In this document: positions 13,690 to 21,870 of the stretch, in pieces
Layout: every line of letters begins with the position of its first letter
How positions within the stretch are numbered: the first letter of the stretch is position 1
From: a virus
Direction: 5' to 3' (one strand)
Length of the DNA stretch: 40,246 bases
Virus record (IMG/VR): IMGVR_UViG_3300048599_000191
Span: 1-40,246 of that record
The notes under the pieces: generated by a model
Told to the model about the DNA's origin: nothing
Database searches by the model: none
What the model saw: the letters and a program-made list of their open reading frames with translations, nothing else
Translations under genes and position numbers: made by a program

Positions 13690-13945
13690 GGCGCGAGTGA
13701 ACGCTTCGCCGACAGGAGCGGGCTACGGTGGAGTCCGATAACAAGGACCACACCGGGCGCGGTCTAGCCACCGTCACAGGCAGAACCAGAGGTTTGCCAT
13801 GCGCGGAGCGTCCACCATGTAAGTCCGCGCTCGAAAGAGACGGGGGCTAGGGTGCGTCAACACCCGAGCCGCGAGCTGACACTCGCATGACCTGATCCGG
13901 CCGCTATCCGGCCATCCCGCCACCGCGCACGCGGCGGGGCAGTTT
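13690..13945 (+). ncRNA. Structured non-coding leader / candidate ncRNA (~250 nt) between the NusG-like gene and the methyltransferase
   Basis: No ORF longer than 17 codons. Stems: 13725-31/13768-74 enclosing hairpins 13733-36/13745-48 and 13752-55/13760-63; 13801-07/13824-30; 13850-54/13861-65; 13871-75/13882-86; a GC hairpin at 13916-13939. Confidence 0.35.
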
Positions 13946-14743
13946 GTGCCTCAGATCATGCATCAGTCCGAGTCCCCGGCGTTCGTAACGCCGGCAAAAT
14001 TCATTCACGTCGTTAACGGCGACATCTGGCGCCTGGGCAAGCACCGGCTGGCATGCGGGGACGCCACCGATCCCGCCCTTGTCGCGCGGCTGCTTGGCTC
14101 GACCAGGCCGCGGCTCATGGCGACCGATCCACCATACGGCGTGGGCTACGATCCGGGATGGCGCCACAAGGCTCTGGGCCGATCGGTCCGCGCCACCGGC
14201 CGTGTGCTCAATGATGACACGAGCGACTGGCGCGCGGCGTGGAAGCTGTTTCCGGGCGACGTCGCCTATGTCTGGCACTCCGGCCTGCATGCCAGCGCCG
14301 TCGAGTTGAGCCTGACGGCCGCTGATTTCCGCGTTCGCTCGCAAATCATCTGGGACAAGGGCCGGCTGATTATCTCGCGCGGGCATTACCACTGGCGGCA
14401 TGAAGCCTGCTGGTATGCTGTTCGCAAACTGAAAACTGCGAACTGGCAGGGTGATCGCAAGCAAACGACGGTGTGGCAGATCCCGCATCGCCGGTCCGAC
14501 ACCGGGCATGGAACGCAGAAGCCGCTGGAATGCATGCGCCGTCCGATCTTGAATCACACGCTGCAGGGCGACGCGGTGTATGATCCGTTCGTTGGCAGTG
14601 GAACAACCATCATCGCGGCAGAGCTGACAGGCCGTCGATGTTTCGCGATAGAGCTCAATCCGGCTTATGTCGCGCTCGCGATTGCGCGGTGGGAACAGCA
14701 GGGCAGCCGAAAGGCCGAACTGCTCTCGAGAGGCGCGTCCTAG
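13946..14743 (+). CDS. Beta-class N6/N4 DNA methyltransferase (N6_N4_Mtase type, no ParB domain)
   Basis: LMATDPPYG (motif IV) precedes DPFVGSGTT (motif I); HGTQKP is also present. GTG start at 13946, or ATG at 13958. Confidence 0.8.
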   Translation: MPQIMHQSESPAFVTPAKFIHVVNGDIWRLGKHRLACGDATDPALVARLLGSTRPRLMATDPPYGVGYDPGWRHKALGRSVRATGRVLNDDTSDWRAAWKLFPGDVAYVWHSGLHASAVELSLTAADFRVRSQIIWDKGRLIISRGHYHWRHEACWYAVRKLKTANWQGDRKQTTVWQIPHRRSDTGHGTQKPLECMRRPILNHTLQGDAVYDPFVGSGTTIIAAELTGRRCFAIELNPAYVALAIARWEQQGSRKAELLSRGAS

Positions 14744-14849
14744 ACGCGAAGGGGCAGCTCACGCGCATGGAGAGCTGCAGCTGGGGTTCATACCCCCAGT
14801 TGGTTGGTGCCCTCTCGATTTCTTTGCCCTCGCTCGGGGGAGCTGATGC

Positions 14850-15776
14850 ATGTCCTCCGAGCTCGTCGATCCGTTGGCGTCGGTGCGGGCCTACCTGGCC
14901 GCCGAGAAGTCGGAGAACACCCGCCGGGCCTATGCGACCGACTGGGTGGATTTCCAGGCCTTCTGCGAGGCCCGCGGCGAGCCGTTTCTGCAGGCCAGCC
15001 CCATCGTCGTGGCTCAGTACCTAGCGCACCTGGCTGACGCCGGCCGGAAGACGGCGACGATCGAACGTCGCGTCGCCGCCATCCGTTACGCGCACAAAGC
15101 GGCAGGCTTCGAGCCGCCGACCGGCGCTGAGGGCGTCAAGGCGGTGATGCGCGGCGTCCGCCGGCGGCTCGGCCGCAGGCAGGTGCGCAAGGCGCCGGCG
15201 ACCGCCAATCTCTTGTCAGATGCGATCAATCGCTTGCCGGAATCGCTTCAGGGCTTGCGCGACCGCGCCCTTTTACTTGTCGGCTTCGCGGCCGCGCTGC
15301 GTCGATCCGAGCTCGTGGCGCTCAATGTGGTCGATGTCACGGCGCGGCCGCGGGGACTGATCCTGCACATCAGGCAGTCAAAAACCGACCAGGTCGGCGC
15401 CGGCGCCGACATCCCGGTGCCGAACGGCAAGCTGCTGAAGCCAGGCGCCGCGCTGCGCGCTTGGCTTGAAGCGGCCGGCATCAGCGACGGACCGATTTTT
15501 CGCGAGGTCGATCGGCACGGCCGCGTCGGATCAGCAGCTCTCAGCGATCGCTCGGTGGCGCGCATCGTAAAACGCGCCTTCGCAGCGATCGGCGCCAATG
15601 TCGAGGACTTCTCCGGCCACTCTCTACGTGCCGGTTTTGTGACCACGTCACTGGATCACGGCGTGGATGTTTTTCGGATCATGTTCATCACGCGTCACGC
15701 GAAGGTGGACACCCTGAAGACCTACGATCGGCGCGAGAATGGCTTCGATGATCACGCTGGCGATGAATTCCTGTAG
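14850..15776 (+). CDS. Cre/XerD-like tyrosine recombinase (308 aa), second recombinase of the genome
   Basis: Full catalytic set is visible: ALRRSEL (Arg I), RQSKTDQ (Lys), GHSLRAG (His-x-x-Arg), TRHAKV (His/Trp position), LKTYDR (Tyr). N-terminal SAM-like core-binding domain. GGGGGAG RBS. Confidence 0.8.
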   Translation: MSSELVDPLASVRAYLAAEKSENTRRAYATDWVDFQAFCEARGEPFLQASPIVVAQYLAHLADAGRKTATIERRVAAIRYAHKAAGFEPPTGAEGVKAVMRGVRRRLGRRQVRKAPATANLLSDAINRLPESLQGLRDRALLLVGFAAALRRSELVALNVVDVTARPRGLILHIRQSKTDQVGAGADIPVPNGKLLKPGAALRAWLEAAGISDGPIFREVDRHGRVGSAALSDRSVARIVKRAFAAIGANVEDFSGHSLRAGFVTTSLDHGVDVFRIMFITRHAKVDTLKTYDRRENGFDDHAGDEFL

Positions 15777-15781
15777 GCTTT

Positions 15782-15815
15782 CTGGTGTCCGATAAGCGCC
15801 ATTCACGGACGCCAG
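15782..15815. other. 34-bp inverted repeat CTGGTGTCCG-N14-CGGACGCCAG (readable as 13-8-13 with 10/13 symmetry); candidate lox/dif-like site or hairpin
   Basis: The arms are 9/10 complementary. The repeat begins 6 nt after the recombinase stop codon. Confidence 0.3.
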
Positions 15816-15831
15816 CTTTCGAGGGTCTTTC

Positions 15832-16374
15832 ATGATCAGAATCCCGCTCAGCGCATCCGGACCCGCGGCTGACTTTGCAATCTCGGTGTCTCATTTTCGC
15901 ACGGCGCTCGAGGCGCACCGCAGTGGCCCGCCGGGCGCGCCGGCGCCGCGATCGACCGTCCTGATCGAAAGCCTGATCCGTGTCGTGCCCGATAAAGGCC
16001 CGGTCGCGGAGCGCGGGCCCGACCGGTTCATCATCGCCGACTACGACATTTTCGACGATACGCCGCCGTCGCCGCCGCCGCCCACGCTCGACCAGCGAAA
16101 GCAGGCGTTGGCAGTGCAATTGCACCAGGCTGCCGCGGCGGCGCGCGCCACGATGATCTCGCCGGCGCGCCTGCAGCTGCTGCAGCTTGACTATTCGGCC
16201 GCGATCGCGACGCCGGAATCCGCGCGATCGCCGGCGGATATCGCCGTTATCGCCGCCATGAACGCTTTTCAGGATCGCTGTGTTGAGATTGACCGTGTCG
16301 TTGCGGTCGCGGCCGTGGATCTCGAGGAGCGCACCGAGGCCAACGTCGATGCGTTTCGGCTTCCGGCCTTCTGA
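15832..16374 (+). CDS. Hypothetical protein (180 aa), Pro-rich linker
   Basis: GAGGG RBS and coding-like composition. No family recognised. Confidence 0.6.
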   Translation: MIRIPLSASGPAADFAISVSHFRTALEAHRSGPPGAPAPRSTVLIESLIRVVPDKGPVAERGPDRFIIADYDIFDDTPPSPPPPTLDQRKQALAVQLHQAAAAARATMISPARLQLLQLDYSAAIATPESARSPADIAVIAAMNAFQDRCVEIDRVVAVAAVDLEERTEANVDAFRLPAF

Positions 16375-16448
16375 GCGCCTTGCGGCGCGGAATCGCCTGT
16401 GATTCCCTGTGTGTGGCCTGATTTGCAGGTCGCAACACAGGAGGTCGC

Positions 16449-16550
16449 ATGGCCAGTCCGAAGAAAAAGGCAGCGCCCGCGCGCGCCAAAACACCCGTGA
16501 AGAAATCAACGAAGCCTCCGCCGCGTCGGGCGTCAGCAGCGAAACGCTGA
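16449..16550 (+). CDS. 33-aa Lys/Pro/Ala-rich basic peptide MASPKKKAAPARAKTPVKKSTKPPPRRASAAKR (histone-H1-tail-like)
   Basis: Below the ORF-track cutoff. AGGAGG lies 5 nt upstream of the ATG, and a strong terminator follows 31 nt after the stop. Confidence 0.5.
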   Translation: MASPKKKAAPARAKTPVKKSTKPPPRRASAAKR

Positions 16551-16581
16551 CATCGAGCGCGCCGCCGCAGCGAAAGGAAAG

Positions 16582-16607
16582 GGCCGCCAGATCTGGCGGC
16601 CTTTTCT
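16582..16607 (+). terminator. Rho-independent terminator GGCCGCCAGA/TCTGGCGGCC + TTTTCT
   Basis: 20-nt perfect palindrome (16582-16601) followed by a T-run. An A-rich tract upstream may allow bidirectional function. Confidence 0.75.
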
Positions 16608-16618
16608 GTGGAGACCGC

Positions 16619-16819
16619 ATGAACAGCATCGACCTTGCTTTTCCGCCGACCAGGACGCCCGTTCGCACGCGCGTGGCGCATGCTTGGATCAGCGCTGAAG
16701 TCTATGCGCGCCTCGAGCGCGAGGCCGCGCTCCGCCATTGCCACCCTGACCAGCTGGCGGCCGCGATCGTCGATTCCGTGCTGACCTTGGGTTACCTGGA
16801 CGCCGTTCTGGATACCTGA
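16619..16819 (+). CDS. Small RHH-like protein (66 aa)
   Basis: GGAGA RBS. RVAHAWISAEVYARLEREAALRHCHPDQLAAAIV is RHH-like. Immediately upstream of terS. Confidence 0.5.
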   Translation: MNSIDLAFPPTRTPVRTRVAHAWISAEVYARLEREAALRHCHPDQLAAAIVDSVLTLGYLDAVLDT

Positions 16820-16880
16820 ATCTTACCAAAATCGCCGACGGGCAAAAAAGGGAGCGCGGGCTCAGACCCCGCGGGACCGC

Positions 16881-17405
16881 ATGCCGATTCTTGATGACCC
16901 GAAACACGAGAAGTTCGCGAATTTATTGGCGAAAGGCACCAAGCAGAACGCGGCTTACAAGGCCGCCGGCTATAAGCCGAACGCCAGCCACGCCTCCCGC
17001 CTGGCCCGTAATGGTAAGGTGGAGGCCCGGGTTGCTGAGCTTCAGGCCGCGGCGGCGGAGAAAACCGGCATCGACATCCAGCAGGTCCTCGAGGAACTGA
17101 TCAAGATCGGCTTCGCGAACATGAGGGATTACATCCGGGTGACTGATGATGGCGATCCTTTCGTCGATCTGTCGGAACTGTCACGCGACCAGGCTGCGGC
17201 GATCCAGTCCGTGGCGGTGGAAGATTTCAAGGAAGGGCGGGGGAAGGACGCCCGCGAGGTGCGCAAGGTCACCTTCAAGCTTCATGACAAACGCGCAGCG
17301 CTCGTGGACATCGGCGAGCATCTCGGCATGTTCAAGAAGACGCTCGAGCTCGGCGATGGAATGATGCTTGTGCCTGTGATCAACATTGGCCGCTCCAGCT
17401 CGTAG
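16881..17405 (+). CDS. terS: Terminase small subunit (Terminase_2 / P27-type)
   Basis: HEKFANLLAKGTKQNAAYKAAGYKPNASHASRLARNGKVEARVAEL is the typical N-terminal HTH. Followed by terL. Confidence 0.85.
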   Translation: MPILDDPKHEKFANLLAKGTKQNAAYKAAGYKPNASHASRLARNGKVEARVAELQAAAAEKTGIDIQQVLEELIKIGFANMRDYIRVTDDGDPFVDLSELSRDQAAAIQSVAVEDFKEGRGKDAREVRKVTFKLHDKRAALVDIGEHLGMFKKTLELGDGMMLVPVINIGRSSS

Positions 17406-18897
17406 GGACGCGGAGCTCAACGTTGCCCTGCACCCCAAGCAGGAGCTCGCGTTCAATTCACCGGCCACTGAAATCCTTTATGGCGGCGCCGCCGGCGGTG
17501 GAAAATCGTTTCTGATGCGCGTGGCCGCGATCGTGTGGTGCGCTGCAATCCCGGGCCTGCAGGTCTATCTGTTCCGCCGGCTGCGTGACGATCTGATCAA
17601 GAACCACATGGAAGGGCCGGCTGGCTTCCGCGCGCTTCTGGCCGGATGGGTGCTGTGCGGCTTCTGCAGCATCATCGAGGACGAGATCAGGTTTTGGAAC
17701 GGCTCGAAGATCTACCTCTGCCATTGCAAGGACGAGAAGCACCGCTTCAAATACCAGGGCGCCGAGATCCACGTCCTGATCATCGACGAACTGACCCACT
17801 TTACGGACACGATCTATCGGTTCCTGCGGAACCGCGTGCGCATGACCACGATCGTGCTGCCACGGCAGTATATCGGAAAGTTCCCCCGCATCCTGTGCGG
17901 AGCCAATCCGGGCGGCATCGGGCACGAATTCGTCAAGCGCACCTTCATTGACGGCATCGCGCCGTTGCGCATCTATCGCGCCGCCAACGACGAAGGCGGC
18001 ATGCTCCGCCAGTACATCCCGGCGAAGCTGGAAGACAACCCGACCCTGCTCGAGCAGGATCCCGGTTACGAGAACCGGTTGAACGGTCTCGGCTCCGACG
18101 CGCTCGTGAAGGCCATGCGCGACGGCGATTGGGACATCATTGAGGGCGCGTTCTTCGACAACTACTCGCGCGCCAAGCACGTCTGCAAGCCTTTCACATT
18201 GCCCTCGCACTGGCTGCGTTTCCGGGCGGCAGACTGGGGCTCCGCCAAGCCATTCTCGGTCGGCTGGTATGCCGTGGTGGATGACGATTTTCTGACGCCC
18301 GATGGCCGCGTGTTGCCGCGTGGATGCCTGGTCAAATATCGCGAGTGGTACGGCGTCAAAAAGGACGCCGAAGGACGGTTCAAGCCCGACGTCGGATTGA
18401 AGATGACCGCTTCGGCGGTCGGCAGGGGCATCAGGATCCGAGAGCAGGGCGACAAGCTCTCTTACGGCGTGCTCGATCCGGCCTGTTTCGCAGTCAATGG
18501 CGGCCCGTCGATCGCCGAGCTGATGCAGGCCGACGGCGAGGGAGCCACTTTCAGGCCTGCCGACAACACCCGCGTCGCGGGCCGCGGTGCACTGAGCGGC
18601 TGGGCCCAGCTGCGCGACCGGCTGACCGGCGACGACGATGACAGGCCTATGCTGGTGTTCTTTGACGTCTGCGTCCACACGATCAGGACGCTACCGGCGC
18701 TGATGCATGATCCGGACAAGCCGGAAGATCTCGACACCAGCCAGGAAGATCACGCGGCGGACGAGACGCGCTACGCCTGCATGAGCAGGCCATGGATCCG
18801 CAAGCTGCCCGCCAGCGGCCCACCGAAGGCCAGGCCCGGCCAGGTGCCATTGCCGCTGCCGCCTGCCGCGACCAACGGAAAAAGGATGAAGCTATGA
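17386..18897 (+). CDS. terL: Terminase large subunit
   Basis: Walker A GGAAGGGKS, a Walker B-like VLIIDELTH and a C-terminal nuclease-like region. The only in-frame start before Walker A is the TTG at 17386, so the start is uncertain. Confidence 0.85.
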   Translation: MAAPARRDAELNVALHPKQELAFNSPATEILYGGAAGGGKSFLMRVAAIVWCAAIPGLQVYLFRRLRDDLIKNHMEGPAGFRALLAGWVLCGFCSIIEDEIRFWNGSKIYLCHCKDEKHRFKYQGAEIHVLIIDELTHFTDTIYRFLRNRVRMTTIVLPRQYIGKFPRILCGANPGGIGHEFVKRTFIDGIAPLRIYRAANDEGGMLRQYIPAKLEDNPTLLEQDPGYENRLNGLGSDALVKAMRDGDWDIIEGAFFDNYSRAKHVCKPFTLPSHWLRFRAADWGSAKPFSVGWYAVVDDDFLTPDGRVLPRGCLVKYREWYGVKKDAEGRFKPDVGLKMTASAVGRGIRIREQGDKLSYGVLDPACFAVNGGPSIAELMQADGEGATFRPADNTRVAGRGALSGWAQLRDRLTGDDDDRPMLVFFDVCVHTIRTLPALMHDPDKPEDLDTSQEDHAADETRYACMSRPWIRKLPASGPPKARPGQVPLPLPPAATNGKRMKL

Positions 18898-18919
18898 TCG
18901 CTTTCAGGGCGGCCGCCCG

Positions 18920-21478
18920 GTGACCGAAACCACCGTTGCTGACATGGTCGAGGACCGCGAGGACGCCGACGGCGAGATGTCCGCCGGCGCGGAACCAAAA
19001 TCGTCGAAGCTCTGGCTCCGCCTGATTGCCGACGCAGAGCGTGTTTTTGATCGCTATCAGCAGGTCGCCGACAATATCGATCAGCTTTATGGCGATCTGG
19101 ACAAGCTCGCCACCGCGGGGCGTGACCGGCAGTTTCAGCTGTTCTGGGCCAACGTGCAGGTCCTCGGGCCATCAATTTACGCCCGGCCGCCGGTGCCGGT
19201 GGTGGTGCCGCAATTCAAGGACCGCAAGCCGGTGCCGCGTCTGGCAGCGGAACTGCTCGAGCGATCGACGATCGTCGCCTATCGCGGCGAGGACATCGAC
19301 GGCGTCATGCGCCTGGTACGCGACGACCTCAACATCCAGTCGCGCGGCGCCGCCTGGATCAGATACGAGGCGGAACGGCGGGACGGGCGTCTGGTCGAGC
19401 GCGTCTGCATCGACCATGCCGATCGGCGCGATTTTCTCCACGACCCCGCGCGGAACTGGAAAGAAGTTGATTGGGTCGCCAAACGGTCCTGGCTAACGAA
19501 ATCCGGGATGCGGAAGCGGTTCCGGAAGACATCGGGCCTCGCCTACAGGGATGCATCCTATTCGGTCCGCGTCGACGATGCCGACGCCGATGACGGAAAG
19601 CTAAAGGCCGGCGTCTGGGAGCTGTGGTGCAAGTCGGCCAACACGGTCGTGTGGATCACGGAAGGATGCAAGGTGGTGCTCGACCAGAGCGAACCGCATC
19701 TGCAGCTTGAGGACTTTTTTCCGTGTCCGAAACCCGCCTACGGCACGGTTCGTCGCCGCACCCTGATTCCGGTGCCAGACGTGCTCTACTACAAGGATCA
19801 GCTTGAGGAGATCAACGAGCTGACAGGGCGCATCGCAGCGCTCGCCGATGCGCTCAAGGTGCGCGGCTTTTACCCCGCCGGCGGCGGCGACCTGGGCGAC
19901 GCCATCGAGGCGGCGATCAAGGAGACCAGGGACAACCAGATCTTGATCGGCGTGTCGAACTGGGCGCTGCTCGGGAACGGTACGCCGAAGGACATGATCG
20001 TCTGGTTGCCGCTGGATATGGTCGCCTCGACCATCAAGGAACTGGTGGCGTTGCGGAAGGAATTGTTCGACGACGTCTATCAGATCATCGGGCTGTCGGA
20101 CATCATGCGCGGCCTCAGCGAGGCCAGCGAGACGCTTGGCGCGCAGCAGCTCAAGAGCCAGTACGGTTCGGTCCGCATCCGGGACAAAAAGGACGAGATT
20201 GTCCGCATGGCGCGCGATATCACGCGGATCGTCGGCGAGATCATGGCTGAGAACTTCCAGCCCGAGACGTTGCTGGATATGTCTCAGCTTGATGTCCCGA
20301 GGGAACAGGAGATTGTCGCACAGGCAGCGCCGGTCGAGCAGCAGATCCGACTGATCCTTTCCCAAGTGGAGCAGGCCAAAGCGAATCCGGAGTTGCAGCA
20401 GAGGGCGCAAGCCAATCCGCAGCAGGCCGAGGCGGTCCTCGCCCAGGCCAAACAGCAGGTTGGCGCACTCCGGTCCCAGCTCCAGAAGATCAATGAAACC
20501 GCCACCATCGAAAAGGTGATGGCGCTGCTGCGCGAGCAGCGCATGCGGCCATTCGTTCTGGACATAGAAACCGACAGCACCATCGCGCCTGACGAAGATG
20601 CGGCTAAGCAGCGGGCCACCGAGTTCGTCACCGCCGTGGGCGGCGTCATGAAGGAGGCCGCAGCTGTCATGCAGGCGATGCCCGAAGCCGCCCCGGTGAT
20701 CGCAGAGACCCTGAAGTTCACCGCGAGCCAGTTCCGCGCCGGGCGCCAGATGGAAGGCGTCATCGACGAATTCGCCGACAAGATCGCCGATCTTGCGGGG
20801 CAGCCGAAACCTCCGGACCCGAAACAGGCCGAAGCCGCCCGCGCCCAGGCGGCCGAGCAGCTCAAGCAGGAAACGCAGAAGGCCGAGAATGCGGAAAAGA
20901 TGGCCAATGCGCAGAAGGTTCTGCTCGAGGCCCAGGCGAAAGCCGCCGCGGATGAGATTGCTCGCAAGATTCGTGAGCAGGAAGCGCTCGATGCCGCCGA
21001 GACCAGGCGCGTGGAGCGCGAGGGCAAGGTGCAACTGGCGAACAAGCAAATCGAGCTTCTCGACGCCAAACGGGCTGAGGAGAACGAGCGTCACCTTCAG
21101 GACATGGCCAGGGGCGATCTCGAACTCGAGAAGTTGAATCGGGAGATCGAGCACGTCGGGATCAAATCCGATGCGACCGCCGCGGCGGCGAGCGCGCAGC
21201 TTGCGGCCGAGGTTCCGGATAGTGATGACGCTTCTCCGACCGAAGCTGCACCAGCGCCGCCGGCCAGGTCGGCCCGCCAGCCTTATAGGCGGCCGGACAT
21301 CGTCATGGCGGAAATGCTCAAAAACGTGACGGATCAGTTCGCTCAGCAGAATGGGGCCGTGCTCGCGGCGATCAGCGAACAGAACGCCGCACTGACGAGG
21401 GCGCTTACGGCGCCAAAGGTGATTGTGACCGACGCCGGGGGCAACCCGATCGGTGTCAAAACCGCAGAGGTTAACTGA
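18920..21478 (+). CDS. Portal protein with a long C-terminal Q/A/E/K-rich coiled-coil extension (852 aa)
   Basis: Position after terL and its size. The last ~350 aa are low-complexity helical. GTG start, or ATG at 18944. Confidence 0.7.
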   Translation: MTETTVADMVEDREDADGEMSAGAEPKSSKLWLRLIADAERVFDRYQQVADNIDQLYGDLDKLATAGRDRQFQLFWANVQVLGPSIYARPPVPVVVPQFKDRKPVPRLAAELLERSTIVAYRGEDIDGVMRLVRDDLNIQSRGAAWIRYEAERRDGRLVERVCIDHADRRDFLHDPARNWKEVDWVAKRSWLTKSGMRKRFRKTSGLAYRDASYSVRVDDADADDGKLKAGVWELWCKSANTVVWITEGCKVVLDQSEPHLQLEDFFPCPKPAYGTVRRRTLIPVPDVLYYKDQLEEINELTGRIAALADALKVRGFYPAGGGDLGDAIEAAIKETRDNQILIGVSNWALLGNGTPKDMIVWLPLDMVASTIKELVALRKELFDDVYQIIGLSDIMRGLSEASETLGAQQLKSQYGSVRIRDKKDEIVRMARDITRIVGEIMAENFQPETLLDMSQLDVPREQEIVAQAAPVEQQIRLILSQVEQAKANPELQQRAQANPQQAEAVLAQAKQQVGALRSQLQKINETATIEKVMALLREQRMRPFVLDIETDSTIAPDEDAAKQRATEFVTAVGGVMKEAAAVMQAMPEAAPVIAETLKFTASQFRAGRQMEGVIDEFADKIADLAGQPKPPDPKQAEAARAQAAEQLKQETQKAENAEKMANAQKVLLEAQAKAAADEIARKIREQEALDAAETRRVEREGKVQLANKQIELLDAKRAEENERHLQDMARGDLELEKLNREIEHVGIKSDATAAAASAQLAAEVPDSDDASPTEAAPAPPARSARQPYRRPDIVMAEMLKNVTDQFAQQNGAVLAAISEQNAALTRALTAPKVIVTDAGGNPIGVKTAEVN

Positions 21479-21870
21479 TGGCTGTTATTTATGGTGCTTC
21501 GCTGCGCACGCAGCGCATGCAGGACGTGCTCGATGCGATCGACGCTGGCTCTGGGCCGGGTATTATCGAGATTGGCACTACAGCGATGGCCACGGTGCTC
21601 GCCACCATCGCCCTGGCTGATCCATGCGGATCTGTCTCGGGCGACGTGCTAACCTTCGATTTCTCGCCGCCAGTGGCCGACACCTCCGCAGACGCCACCG
21701 GCACAGCCGCGGCCGCTCGGGTCAAGGATTCGAACGGCAATATCGTCATTTCGGGCCTGACGGTCGGGACCGCGGGCGCGAATATAGTCCTGGATTCGGT
21801 GGCCATCGTCGCAGGTCAGACCGTGCAACTGACAGCTGGCACTCTGACGCACAACACGTCCGGCGTCTGA
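21478..21870 (+). CDS. Hypothetical virion-module protein (130 aa)
   Basis: ATGA overlaps at both ends. Confidence 0.65.
   Translation: MAVIYGASLRTQRMQDVLDAIDAGSGPGIIEIGTTAMATVLATIALADPCGSVSGDVLTFDFSPPVADTSADATGTAAAARVKDSNGNIVISGLTVGTAGANIVLDSVAIVAGQTVQLTAGTLTHNTSGV

Noticed and set aside
14754-14806. Two consecutive hairpins (GCAGCTC/GAGCTGC, CTGGGGT/ACCCCCAG) considered as a lox-like site or terminator
   Set aside because: The arms are only 7 bp, there is no clear U-tract and the geometry is unlike 13-8-13 sites. They may weakly attenuate transcription, but the evidence is insufficient for a call.
15648-15833. 61-aa minus-strand ORF overlapping the recombinase 3' end
   Set aside because: It lies mostly inside the well-supported recombinase gene. 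There is no RBS and its composition is not coding-like.
17458-18678. 406-aa ORF antisense to the large terminase
   Set aside because: Same shadow-ORF signature. The terminase frame carries clear Walker motifs.
19601-21154. 517-aa ORF on the minus strand, opposite the portal gene
   Set aside because: It is Leu/Arg/Gly/Asp-rich and lies fully inside the portal gene. This is the typical antisense shadow ORF of a high-GC coding region, with no start context or recognisable motif.
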